From assembly GCA_002422535.1 (NCBI GenBank), contig DIVY01000010.1:4172-68171 (forward strand): a stretch of DNA of 64,000 bases, in the 5' to 3' direction. Under the pieces are notes generated by a model. It made no database searches, was not told the DNA's origin, and saw only the letters and a list, made by a program, of their open reading frames with translations. This DNA comes from Bacillales bacterium UBA6120 (GTDB lineage: Bacteria; Bacillota_I; Bacilli_A; RFN20; CAG-826). Both the position numbers and the translations under genes were made by a program. Below, one piece after another: positions 28,701 to 37,889 of the stretch. Within the stretch, counting starts at the first letter, position 1. Each line of letters starts with the position of its first letter.

Positions 28701-29191
28701 TGACGATCAATTTAAACGATTTGTTCGCTAAGCAACGCGAACTTGATGCCCATATCCAGGCGAATCATCATTTGACCTACGCTTCGACGCGGGAAAAACG
28801 TCTTTTAGCCCTCCTTGTGGAACTTGGCGAATTCGCTAATGAAACGCGAGCGTTTAAGTTTTGGTCATTAAAAAGTCCCTCACCGATTGAAAAGATACTT
28901 GATGAATATGCCGATGGAATGCATTTTTTCTTATCGCTTGGCATTGATATCGGCAGCGAAAAACATATTTATCAAATGGAAATGCCGCCACTTGATCTCA
29001 CCAATCAAGTGCTGCAAGTCTATCACCTGATCGATGTGATGGGGCAATCCCTTACCGTGGCAACGTTTGAGGCAGCTTTTGCGTCATTTTTAAACATTCC
29101 CTTGCTTTTAGGAAGGGGTCCTGATGATGTCATTGGCGCTTATTATCAAAAGCTTGGCGTCAATTATAAGCGCCAACAAGAAAAATACTGA
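28700..29191 (+). CDS. All-alpha NTP pyrophosphohydrolase, dimeric dUTPase-like family
   Basis: 163 aa. Its ATG overlaps the glgP TGA. Motifs LFAKQRELDAHI and LLALLVELGEFANETRAFKFW resemble the dimeric dUTPase/dCTPase (dUTPase_2) family. Confidence 0.55.
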   Translation: MTINLNDLFAKQRELDAHIQANHHLTYASTREKRLLALLVELGEFANETRAFKFWSLKSPSPIEKILDEYADGMHFFLSLGIDIGSEKHIYQMEMPPLDLTNQVLQVYHLIDVMGQSLTVATFEAAFASFLNIPLLLGRGPDDVIGAYYQKLGVNYKRQQEKY

Positions 29192-29224
29192 TGCTATAAT
29201 AGCAAGATATAAGGAGAAATAACG

Positions 29225-30313
29225 ATGGAAGACAAAGAAAGACTAGCATTTTTAAAAGCGATGAGCGAAGTCGATGGCATTTCCGGCCACGAAAAAGCGG
29301 TCGCCCAACTCGCCATGAAGATGGTCGAAGGATACGCCGATCGCGTCGAATTCGATAACCTCGGCAGTTTTCTTGCCTATAAAGATGGTGAAAAAGGACA
29401 ACCGACCATCTTATTAAGCGGTCATATGGATGAAGTCGGGTTTGTCGTCCATAAGATCGAAGACAGCGGTATGCTTCGCATTCATCCCGTTGGTGGTTGG
29501 TGGGGTCATGTGCTTTTAGCGCAAGTGATGACCGTGACCACGCGCGAAGGTAAAAAATATACGGGAGTCATTGGGGCCCAACCTCCCCACGGCATGTCCC
29601 CTGAAATGCGTAAACAAGTGCTTGAAATAAAGGATATGTACCTTGATTTAGGCGTTACTAATAAGGAAATGGTTGCCGAGTTAGGCATTAAAATTGGCGA
29701 CATGATTACACCCCATACTGATTTTCGCGTTTTAAACGATGGCAAAAGTTTACTTGGCAAAGCGTGGGATAACCGACTTGGCGTCGCCGCAGCGATTGAA
29801 ACACTCCGTAATTTAAAAGGCGTTAAGCATAAGGCGACTGTGGTTGCCGGTGGCTCGGTGCAAGAGGAAGTGGGTTTGCGCGGTGCCCGCACAGCGGCCT
29901 ATCATGTGAAACCAGATGTCGCGTTCGCGATTGATGTCACGATGAGCTATGATCTGCCCACTAGCCCTAAATACGATACAAAACTGGGTGCTGGCGTCGC
30001 TTTATCAATCATGGATGGAAGCGTCATTGCCCATCGCGGATTGTTCGATTTTGTCGAAAATATCTGCAAACAAGAAAATATCAAATACACTTATGATTTA
30101 TTGACCGCAGGTGGTACCGATAGTGGCGAAATCCACAAATCAATGGATGGGGTCATTACGATGACGCTCTCGATTCCTTGTCGCTATTTCCATAGCCATG
30201 TGTCGATTATCAATGTTGATGATTACGTGCAAACCGTTAATTTATTGACAAAAATCGTGACTGCCATCGATAGCGATGTGGTCAGCGATTTAAAAGCCTC
30301 AAAGTATCGCTAA
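29225..30313 (+). CDS. M42 family glutamyl aminopeptidase (FrvX/YsdC-like)
   Basis: 362 aa, with M42 peptidase pattern including metal-ligand regions (HMDEVGF, ...DNRLG..., EEVGLRGA). AAGGAG Shine-Dalgarno. Confidence 0.85.
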   Translation: MEDKERLAFLKAMSEVDGISGHEKAVAQLAMKMVEGYADRVEFDNLGSFLAYKDGEKGQPTILLSGHMDEVGFVVHKIEDSGMLRIHPVGGWWGHVLLAQVMTVTTREGKKYTGVIGAQPPHGMSPEMRKQVLEIKDMYLDLGVTNKEMVAELGIKIGDMITPHTDFRVLNDGKSLLGKAWDNRLGVAAAIETLRNLKGVKHKATVVAGGSVQEEVGLRGARTAAYHVKPDVAFAIDVTMSYDLPTSPKYDTKLGAGVALSIMDGSVIAHRGLFDFVENICKQENIKYTYDLLTAGGTDSGEIHKSMDGVITMTLSIPCRYFHSHVSIINVDDYVQTVNLLTKIVTAIDSDVVSDLKASKYR

Positions 30314-30801
30314 AGTTTTAAGTGATGGCGGTAGGGGTTGATGGCGATATAAAGCAAGGCCGCGCCCGTAGCTCCCGCGAGTCCTTGCAAGGAATCGAAC
30401 GGCAGTGTTGCGATTAATAGAACGCCGGTGGGGTCAAACACCCAATAGCTAAACGCATAGGTGGCCACCATCAAAGAGGCTCCGATTAATAAAGCTCCAT
30501 AGTTATATGGGGCTTTTATTTTGTTAAATAAATATCCAGCTACAAGCGCTTCGAGGGCTTTGGCCACGATTGTAAACGGGATGAAGAAGATATATCCACC
30601 ATAAAGGTCGGCCAGACTCGCCCCAATCGCGCCCACAAACGCCCCGAAGATCGGGTGGACGAAGATGGCCGAAAAAATGATGATAATATCGCCAAGATTG
30701 AAATAACCGATACTCAGCGGAATATGGACAAAGGCTGTGAGGATGAATGTTAAGGCACCCAAGAGGGCAGCCAGAGTCATTTGACGAATCGTTAGTTTCA
30801 T
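30310..30801 (-). CDS. Small integral membrane protein, ECF-transporter substrate-specific (S) component-like
   Basis: 163 aa with about 5 TM segments. Its size and Gly/Ala-rich helices resemble ECF S components (QueT/ThiW-like). The substrate is not assignable. No riboswitch was recognised upstream. Confidence 0.5.
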   Translation of the reverse strand: MKLTIRQMTLAALLGALTFILTAFVHIPLSIGYFNLGDIIIIFSAIFVHPIFGAFVGAIGASLADLYGGYIFFIPFTIVAKALEALVAGYLFNKIKAPYNYGALLIGASLMVATYAFSYWVFDPTGVLLIATLPFDSLQGLAGATGAALLYIAINPYRHHLKL

Positions 30802-30864
30802 AAATTGTCTCTATTATAATCTAATCGCAGCAGGAATTTGCTAAGATTTGTTACAATAAACAAT

Positions 30865-31503
30865 ATGAAATCCTTAACGGAAATTACCTATCGCGGAAAA
30901 AGTTATCCCATTAAGATTAAGCGCAAGATGATGCGCCGCATCACGATGCGCCCAACACATCTTGGTTTATTAGTCAATGCACCATTGGGAGTGCCATTAA
31001 GTTACATTAAAAATACGGTGGAACGCCATTTGCCCAAACTATATCCATTATTAGAAAAAGAGGCGCCACTAACCAAAGAGCATCTCTATTTTCTGGGTCG
31101 CAAGTTACATAACGATGATTCCTACTTAAAAACCATTTTTAAAGCGCCCTTAAATGATTTTTTAAATCCGCGGTTTACCGAGGAGTTTCGCGCAAAGGCG
31201 CTGACATATTTAACCGCTCGTGTTCGTCACTATGAAACCATCATGGGAATAAAAAAACCATATAATGTTAAAATTCGCGTCATGAAAGCACGTTTAGGCG
31301 CAAATATGTTGGCTGATCATAGTTTAACTTTTGCGCTGGCATTAATGCATTACAGCCTGCCAATTATCGATGCCGTCGTCGTTCATGAACTAGCCCATGA
31401 TTTTGCTTTTAATCATTCCGCTCGTTTCTATGAGGTGTTATTAAAATATTATCCTAACTATAAAACGGAGCATGCTAAAATCAAAAGCGGGTCATATCAA
31501 TGA
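30865..31503 (+). CDS. YgjP-like (DUF45, SprT-like) zinc metallohydrolase
   Basis: C-terminal HELAHDFAFNHS zinc motif and YgjP-like N-terminus (MKSLTEITYRGKSYPIKIKRK). The start at 30865 was chosen over the TTG at 30838. Confidence 0.7.
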   Translation: MKSLTEITYRGKSYPIKIKRKMMRRITMRPTHLGLLVNAPLGVPLSYIKNTVERHLPKLYPLLEKEAPLTKEHLYFLGRKLHNDDSYLKTIFKAPLNDFLNPRFTEEFRAKALTYLTARVRHYETIMGIKKPYNVKIRVMKARLGANMLADHSLTFALALMHYSLPIIDAVVVHELAHDFAFNHSARFYEVLLKYYPNYKTEHAKIKSGSYQ

Positions 31504-32237
31504 ATAAAACGATCACAAGCACTGCCAATCCATTATTTAAATCATTGCTTGAATTGAAATCCACTAGCGGTCGAAAAGCGCAAGGACGGTTTTTGATTGA
31601 AGGCGTTCATATGGTTAAGATGGCCATTAATGTGCATATCGTGGAGCAAATTATTGCATTAAGCCCTTGTGAAAACATTGAGGAAGCAATTTTGCAGATA
31701 ATAGTTCCCGCTTCATTAATGAAACGCTTAGCGACCCAAGTGACCCCACAGGGGGTGCTTGCCGTTTGCCGCGAATTGCCAATTGACTTTATGCTAGGAC
31801 CACAAATTATTTATCTTGATGGTGTCAATGATCCTGGTAACCTCGGCACGATTATCCGTTCGGCCGCTGCGTTCGGGATTGAGACCATCCTTCTATCACC
31901 TGATTGCGTATCGCTTTATAACCCCAAAGCCCTCGCGGCGTCCCAAGGCGCCATCTTTACGGTCAATGTGCGCGAAAGTTCAATTGACGAATTGAAGCGG
32001 TTAAAAGAACAGGGCTACCGCCTCATTGGAACGCGGCTACATGAAGAAGCCATTCCGCTTAATCGATTCGCTTATCCCAAGAAATTTGTCCTGGTGTTCG
32101 GTTCGGAAGCTCATGGCATTGGACAAGTATTACTCCCATTGCTCGATGAGTCTATCGTAATCCCGATGGAATATATCGAGTCGCTTAATGTGGCAATGGC
32201 GGCGACGATAATAATGTATGATATGAAATATCGCTAA
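31500..32237 (+). CDS. TrmH/SpoU family RNA 2'-O-methyltransferase (YsgA-like)
   Basis: 245 aa. SpoU motifs LDGVNDPGNLGTIIRSAAAFG and a C-terminal knot region. It lies upstream of pheS, as in B. subtilis ysgA. Confidence 0.85.
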   Translation: MNKTITSTANPLFKSLLELKSTSGRKAQGRFLIEGVHMVKMAINVHIVEQIIALSPCENIEEAILQIIVPASLMKRLATQVTPQGVLAVCRELPIDFMLGPQIIYLDGVNDPGNLGTIIRSAAAFGIETILLSPDCVSLYNPKALAASQGAIFTVNVRESSIDELKRLKEQGYRLIGTRLHEEAIPLNRFAYPKKFVLVFGSEAHGIGQVLLPLLDESIVIPMEYIESLNVAMAATIIMYDMKYR

Positions 32238-32264
32238 TTTATCTTTTTTGTATGATATACTTAT

Positions 32265-32478
32265 TCAAGTACGTTGAAGAGACAAAGTAACTCCAGTTTA
32301 ATTGATAGGGACGAGTGAACAGTGGAACCACTCCCAAAGCGCTGGAATGAATTCACCTCGGAGTACGGAGCAATCCCGTTGGTAGCGTTAATACCATAGT
32401 GCGTAAATTCTTTTTACGAAATAGGATGGCACCACGGCAAATCGTCGTTCCTTGGGGATGACTTTTTTATTTTTTAGG
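32265..32478 (+). promoter_or_regulatory. T-box leader for pheS-pheT
   Basis: Extended -10 TGTATGATA at 32248-32257. Stem I region with candidate Phe specifier UUC (GAAUUCACC). T-box-like AGGAUGGCACCACGG. Terminator hairpin with a long U-run at 32462-32475 just before the AGGAGG Shine-Dalgarno. Confidence 0.8.
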
Positions 32479-32485
32479 AGGCAAC

Positions 32486-33517
32486 ATGGAAAATAGAATT
32501 AAGGACATACTACGTGAAGCCCAATCGCTTATTGGCGCCTGTAACGATGAAACGTCGCTAACCGATGCCCGCAATCGCTACTTATCAAAAAAAGCCGAAT
32601 TGATGGGCTTATTTGGACAAATGAAAGATGTCGCGCCCGATCGTAGGGCGAGTTTAGGACAACTTATTAATAATGCGCGTCAAGAAATCGATGCCCTGAT
32701 TAATGCCAAGAAAGCTGAACTTGATGCGTCAAAACTTGCAAAACGTTATCAAGACGAAGAAATTGACATTACGCTGCCTGGATCAAGCGAAGAACCAGGT
32801 GTTCGTAACCCTTTCTATATTGTCAAAGACGAGATGGTCGCCATCTTTACGGCGTTAGGATATCAAGTGGTCGAAGGTCCCGAGGTTGAAAGCGACCATT
32901 ATAATTTTGAATTGTTAAATATTCCCAAAGATCATCCAGCGCGCGATATGCAGGATACCTTTTATATCGATCCAGTGACTTTATTAAGGACGCATACATC
33001 GCCTGTCCAAGCCCGAACGATGGCACAAGCTTCAGGGACACCCATTCGCATGATTTGTCCTGGCAAAGTTTATCGCCGTGATGATGACGATATGACGCAT
33101 TCGCATCAGTTTGCGCAAATTGAAGGTTTGTTAATTGATAAAGATATTAATTTAGGGCACTTACAGGCGACACTAGATTTGTTTGTGCGTAAGTTATTTG
33201 GCGAAAAGCGCAGCATTCGGTTGCGTTCTAGCTATTTTCCATTTACGGAGCCAAGCGTGGAAGTCGATGTTAGTTGCATGGAATGTGGCGGCAAAGGCTG
33301 CGCCATGTGCAAAGGCACGGGCTGGATTGAGATATTGGGCGCCGGGATGGTGCATCCCCACGTGCTAGAAATGTCAGGGTATGATCCTAATGTTTGGTCG
33401 GGGTTTGCCTTTGGTGTTGGCATTGAACGCGTGGCCATGCTCCGTTATGGAATCGATGACATTCGCCGGTTCTATCAAAACGATATACGCTTTATTAAGC
33501 AATTCATGAAAGGGTAA
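32486..33517 (+). CDS. pheS: Phenylalanyl-tRNA synthetase alpha subunit
   Basis: 343 aa, canonical class II motifs (FPFTEPS..., GAGMVHP). Confidence 0.97.
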   Translation: MENRIKDILREAQSLIGACNDETSLTDARNRYLSKKAELMGLFGQMKDVAPDRRASLGQLINNARQEIDALINAKKAELDASKLAKRYQDEEIDITLPGSSEEPGVRNPFYIVKDEMVAIFTALGYQVVEGPEVESDHYNFELLNIPKDHPARDMQDTFYIDPVTLLRTHTSPVQARTMAQASGTPIRMICPGKVYRRDDDDMTHSHQFAQIEGLLIDKDINLGHLQATLDLFVRKLFGEKRSIRLRSSYFPFTEPSVEVDVSCMECGGKGCAMCKGTGWIEILGAGMVHPHVLEMSGYDPNVWSGFAFGVGIERVAMLRYGIDDIRRFYQNDIRFIKQFMKG

Positions 33518-33522
33518 CCAAA

Positions 33523-35919
33523 ATGAAAGTATCACTTAATTGGGTCCGCCGCTACGTGGATTTATCAGGCATTACCCCAGAAGAAATCGCGCAAAAATTA
33601 ACATTTGCCGGAATTGAAGTTGAAGGAATTGAACACCTTGCCAGCGGCACGAATTTAGTCACGGGCCATGTGCTTGACGCAAAATTAATGGAAAACAGTG
33701 ACCATCTGACCATTTGTCAAGTTGACATGGGCGCCAAATATGGAACGGTGCAAATCGTCTGTGGCGCTCCCAATATTGGCAAAGGCCAAAATGTAATCGT
33801 TGCTCGTCCTGGCGCTGTTTTACCACAAGTCACGATTACGAAATCGACGATTAGAGGCCATGAAAGCAATGGCATGATTTGTTCTTTGCTCGAACTTGGA
33901 GTCGCTGCTAAGACATTATCACAGGCGTCAATTGAAGGAATCGAAGTGCTTGATGCCGCAATTAAACCCGGGCATGAAGACGTCCTGGCGCTCCTCGGTC
34001 TTGATGATACGATTCTTTTGCTAAAAGTGCTTGCTAACCGACCCGACGCTTTGGCGGTGTACAACCTTGCCCGCGAACTAGCGCTATTGTTTGAACGGCC
34101 ATTACGCGATTGGAAGGTGCCGCTTGTTACGGGTCATAAGCCCGAATTTACAGTTGAGGTTAAGACGCCTAAATGCCCCCAATTCACGATTAGGACCCTC
34201 AAAGGCATCGGTAAAGGAAAAACTCCTGAATACATGGTGCAATCCTTAAAAGCGATGGGGATGCGTCCAATTTCACCACTTGTCGATATTTCTAATTACG
34301 TGATGCTATTAACGGGGCAGCCACTGCACATTTACGATATTGATCGACTGGAAGAGCAAAAGCTTGTTATTAGCGATGACATCATGGCCCCATTTTTTGC
34401 CCTTGATGATAAAGAATATCCGGTTCAAAGAGGCGACATCGCCATTAAATCTGGTCATACCATCGCCTGTCTTGCCGGCATCATGGGCAGCAACGCCACG
34501 GGCGTGAAGGATGCGACAAGTAATATTGCGATTGAAGCTGCCAATTTTCATGGCGCCTCGATTCGACAAACTTCCATCAGGTTAAATCTTCCCTCAGAAT
34601 CGAGCCAACGGTTCATTAAAGGCATCAATCCCCATCAGGCGGAAGATGTGCTTGATTTGACGATTCATCTTATCAAGGAAATACTGGGATGCGCCACTTA
34701 TTCATCCTCAGTTTCGGTCGATACGATTGACCATAAATTAAAGAAAATAGCGTTTACACTTGACGATATTAACCATAAATTGGGGACATCTTTCACCGCA
34801 ACCGAAGTAGAGGAAACCCTAACTAAAATTGGATTTGCCATTGTTGCCGGTCCATCATCGTGGCACGCGCTTGTTCCTGCCCATCGTATTGATATCGATG
34901 GGGCGGCCGATTTGGCCGAAGAAGTGATTCGCATCCGCGGCTTTGAACATATCAAGGTGGAACTGCCTTTCTTGCAAGCGTTGCATCCGGGTTTAACGGT
35001 AACACAACGGCGACAAGAAGGTGTCAGACGCTTGTTGCGCGATCGTGGTCTCGATGAAATTTTAACGTATACCTTGCTACAAAAAGATGAAAGCGACCGT
35101 TTCCGCTTTTTGAATCATGATGAAGTTTTTCGCATCGGCAATCCGATGACTGATGAACATGAATTTGTGAGGGCCTCGATTCTGTATTCGATGCTCAAAG
35201 TCGCCAACTTCAATGTGGCGCGCCAAAATAAAAATCTTGCGTTATTCGAGATTAGTGGCGTCGAAACAACTAAAAACCGCACATTAAACCTGGGCGTTGT
35301 CCTGGTCGGCAATAAATCATTGCGGAATCATTTGACGACTAAACCTTACGATTTTTTTGACATGAAGGGCTTATTCGAGGCCTTAATGGCTCAATTAGGC
35401 ATTGATCAAGGCCGGTACCGCTACGAGCGATTAAATAATCGCGCAAGCGAGTTCCATCCGGGCCAAAGCGCCACCATCATTATCGAGAATCAACTCGTTG
35501 GTTTAATCGGCACCTTGTCCCCAGAAGCCGAACATCAATTTGATTTTAAAAAGGCACCCGTAATCATGATGGAACTTGATTTAGGACACATCTTGTCGCT
35601 CCGGATTTCCGCAATCAAAATGACACCGCCATCGAAGTTCCCAACCATGACCCGGGATTTAGCGATTGTCGTCAACCGCGATATTGATGCGGCCACAGTC
35701 ATCAAACTTATTAGAAAAACACAAAAGGATGTGATTCGACAAGTTGACATCTTTGATGTTTATATGGGGTCGCATATCCCAAGCGATAAGAAATCACTCG
35801 CGGTATCCATTGCCTTAAGTAGTGATAAGAAGACACTAACGGATGCCGAGTGTTTAGAAGTGATTGAAAAAATAAAAGTAGCGTTAGCCTCCGCAATTAA
35901 TGCTTCATTCCGTGTATAG
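33523..35919 (+). CDS. pheT: Phenylalanyl-tRNA synthetase beta subunit
   Basis: 798 aa, with N-terminal tRNA-binding domain, B3/B4, B5 and C-terminal FDX-ACB domains. Confidence 0.97.
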   Translation: MKVSLNWVRRYVDLSGITPEEIAQKLTFAGIEVEGIEHLASGTNLVTGHVLDAKLMENSDHLTICQVDMGAKYGTVQIVCGAPNIGKGQNVIVARPGAVLPQVTITKSTIRGHESNGMICSLLELGVAAKTLSQASIEGIEVLDAAIKPGHEDVLALLGLDDTILLLKVLANRPDALAVYNLARELALLFERPLRDWKVPLVTGHKPEFTVEVKTPKCPQFTIRTLKGIGKGKTPEYMVQSLKAMGMRPISPLVDISNYVMLLTGQPLHIYDIDRLEEQKLVISDDIMAPFFALDDKEYPVQRGDIAIKSGHTIACLAGIMGSNATGVKDATSNIAIEAANFHGASIRQTSIRLNLPSESSQRFIKGINPHQAEDVLDLTIHLIKEILGCATYSSSVSVDTIDHKLKKIAFTLDDINHKLGTSFTATEVEETLTKIGFAIVAGPSSWHALVPAHRIDIDGAADLAEEVIRIRGFEHIKVELPFLQALHPGLTVTQRRQEGVRRLLRDRGLDEILTYTLLQKDESDRFRFLNHDEVFRIGNPMTDEHEFVRASILYSMLKVANFNVARQNKNLALFEISGVETTKNRTLNLGVVLVGNKSLRNHLTTKPYDFFDMKGLFEALMAQLGIDQGRYRYERLNNRASEFHPGQSATIIIENQLVGLIGTLSPEAEHQFDFKKAPVIMMELDLGHILSLRISAIKMTPPSKFPTMTRDLAIVVNRDIDAATVIKLIRKTQKDVIRQVDIFDVYMGSHIPSDKKSLAVSIALSSDKKTLTDAECLEVIEKIKVALASAINASFRV

Positions 35920-36015
35920 TTGAAAATTAGTAATTTTATAGTTTATAAATAGCGGTTCCCTTGTTATTAATTTGTGGAAGCGCTTTTTATTTTGCAAAAT
36001 ATTTTATATTTTCTC

Positions 36016-36071
36016 TTTACAAACGTAGAGGCCTGCCGGTAGAATTAAAGCATAAGTGGGAGAAAGTGGGA
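36016..36071 (+). promoter_or_regulatory. mraZ promoter with MraZ-type direct-repeat operator
   Basis: TTTACA, 18 nt, TAGAAT at 36016-36045. Two direct repeats AAGTGGGA at 36054-36061 and 36064-36071 with 10-bp periodicity, between the -10 and the ATG. Confidence 0.6.
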
Positions 36072-36074
36072 AAA

Positions 36075-36506
36075 ATGTTATTCGGCAATTTTACGTACTC
36101 GATCGATAGCAAAGGGCGGTTAGTCATTCCAGCAAAGTTTCGCATGGCCGTTAATGACACCCTTTATGCGATGCGCGGTTATGAACAATGCCTGTCGCTT
36201 TATCCACAAAGTTCCTTTGAAAAACTTCAAGCCGACCTAGAAAAGTTGTCGTTTATGCAAAAGGGCGCTCGCGATTATATGCGCATTGCTCTAAGTTCAA
36301 CCCTGGAAATGAGCATCGATGATCATGGCCGCATTCAAATACCAGTGGCGATTGTTAAACGGTATCAATTGGAAGGGACCGTTCGCGTGATTGGCGTTCA
36401 AGATCATATTGAAATTTGGTCTGAGCAAGCCTGGACTGCTTATGAAAAAGAGGCTGACGCATCATTTGAAACCACGGCTGCTTCATTGGCCGACCACCAT
36501 GGATGA
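36075..36506 (+). CDS. mraZ: Transcriptional regulator MraZ
   Basis: 143 aa from the ATG at 36075, with duplicated DxxxR-like halves (SIDSKGRLVIPAKFR / SIDDHGRIQIPVAIVKR). The upstream extension to 35961 is rejected. Confidence 0.9.
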   Translation: MLFGNFTYSIDSKGRLVIPAKFRMAVNDTLYAMRGYEQCLSLYPQSSFEKLQADLEKLSFMQKGARDYMRIALSSTLEMSIDDHGRIQIPVAIVKRYQLEGTVRVIGVQDHIEIWSEQAWTAYEKEADASFETTAASLADHHG

Positions 36507-37428
36507 ACATACTCCGGTCCTCTTACATGAAATAATCGCGGGTCTTAATATCCGGCCCACTGGAACATTCGTTGATCTAACCTTCGGGCGCGGTGGTCAC
36601 GCTAAAGAAATTCTAAAATCATTAACCTCAGGCCACTTATTCGCCTTCGATCGCGATATCACGGCGATTGCTGCCGGTCAAGTACTGGTCGCCAACTATC
36701 CTGCATCCTTAACTTTGATTCATGACAATTTCACCCAAGCGGCCATCAGATTGATGGAACTCGGTATTCACCAAGTGGATGGCATCGTCATGGACCTTGG
36801 TGTCTCCTCACCGCAATTCGATGACTATACGCGCGGATTCTCATATCGCGAAGATGCCCCCCTCGACATGCGGATGGATCAGCGGCAACGATTAACGGCC
36901 GAAATTATCGTTAACACGGCGGATATTGCAACCTTATCGCACATATTCCGTGAATATGGCGATGAACCGCAAGCGTTCCAAATTGCTAAGGCGATTGTAA
37001 AAGCCAGAACCCTCGGCCCAATTACGACGACAGGTCAATTAGTGACCATCATCAAGAGCGTTAAGCCCCAAAAAGAATTGAAGAAGAAAGGGCATCCCGC
37101 TAAACAAGCATTCCAAGCATTACGAATTGCCACTAACGATGAGATGGTTAACCTCGAACAAGGACTCAAGGTAGCTACTTCATTATTAGCACCACTGGGG
37201 CGACTTGCCGTCATCACCTTCCATTCGGGCGAAGATCGCCTTGTCAAAAATTACTTCAAAAGTTTGACCACAACAAGCGGTTCCCGCTATGGCATTGAAG
37301 CGATGATCAAACCCGAAGAACCAAAATTCACCCTTTACAATCGACAAGTCATCCTGCCGACAGCACAAGAAATCATTGATAACCATCGCGCTAGTAGCGC
37401 CAAATTACGCATTATTCAAAGAAAGTAG
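36499..37428 (+). CDS. rsmH: 16S rRNA (cytosine1402-N4)-methyltransferase
   Basis: 309 aa from the ATG at 36499, which overlaps the mraZ end. MraW motifs: TPVLLHE, DLTFGRGGH, DLGVSSPQ. Confidence 0.93.
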   Translation: MDEHTPVLLHEIIAGLNIRPTGTFVDLTFGRGGHAKEILKSLTSGHLFAFDRDITAIAAGQVLVANYPASLTLIHDNFTQAAIRLMELGIHQVDGIVMDLGVSSPQFDDYTRGFSYREDAPLDMRMDQRQRLTAEIIVNTADIATLSHIFREYGDEPQAFQIAKAIVKARTLGPITTTGQLVTIIKSVKPQKELKKKGHPAKQAFQALRIATNDEMVNLEQGLKVATSLLAPLGRLAVITFHSGEDRLVKNYFKSLTTTSGSRYGIEAMIKPEEPKFTLYNRQVILPTAQEIIDNHRASSAKLRIIQRK

Positions 37429-37438
37429 GGGCGTTCGT

Positions 37439-37633
37439 ATGAAAGATAAAATCGAAAAATTCCATCGCAAGGCGAATTATTATCGCACCAAAAAAGTGGC
37501 GCTTTTGGCGATGGCGTTCATGCTCATGACGGCGACTGTGGCCGTCCCGTTATCATTAATGTCGGTCGAAGCAGACACTTCTTCGACGAGTAGCCACATG
37601 TCGGAAATTGAAACTTCATCAGAAACTGTGTGA
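37439..37633 (+). CDS. Small bitopic membrane protein, 64 aa, at the FtsL position of the dcw cluster
   Basis: Basic N-terminus (KFHRKANYYRTKK), one TM helix and a short Ser/Thr/Glu-rich tail. It sits where ftsL normally lies but lacks a coiled-coil ectodomain. Confidence 0.45.
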   Translation: MKDKIEKFHRKANYYRTKKVALLAMAFMLMTATVAVPLSLMSVEADTSSTSSHMSEIETSSETV

Positions 37634-37701
37634 TTTTATTTATTTGTGTATCATCATTGTTTATCTTTTTATAAAATTAAGTCATGGAAGTAAATTCGAA
37701 T

Positions 37702-37881
37702 TATGAAAGAAGAACAACAACAAATGACTCATAGCGCCCCCAGTTTTGAAACGCGCTTAGTTCAAATGCGGAGCCTTCGCCAAAATGTCATCCTTATTAA
37801 GTGGCTGTTGTTAGTCATATCGATCACATTACTGCTCATTTATTTACTAACGCCGATTCGCGATATCATCTTTACTGCCTA
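37702..37881 (+). CDS. Small C-tail-anchored membrane protein, 59 aa, below the ORF-track cutoff
   Basis: Reads MKEEQQQMTHSAPSFETRLVQMRSLRQNVILIKWLLLVISITLLLIYLLTPIRDIIFTA. It ends 9 nt before the ftsA start. Positional analogy to DivIC/FtsB-type septation proteins is speculative. Confidence 0.4.
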
Positions 37882-37889
37882 GGAGTAGC

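Noticed and set aside
30802-30864. Possible preQ1 or other riboswitch upstream of the ECF S-component gene
   Set aside because: The 63-nt divergent intergenic region shows no recognisable aptamer consensus, only promoter-like AT-rich sequence.
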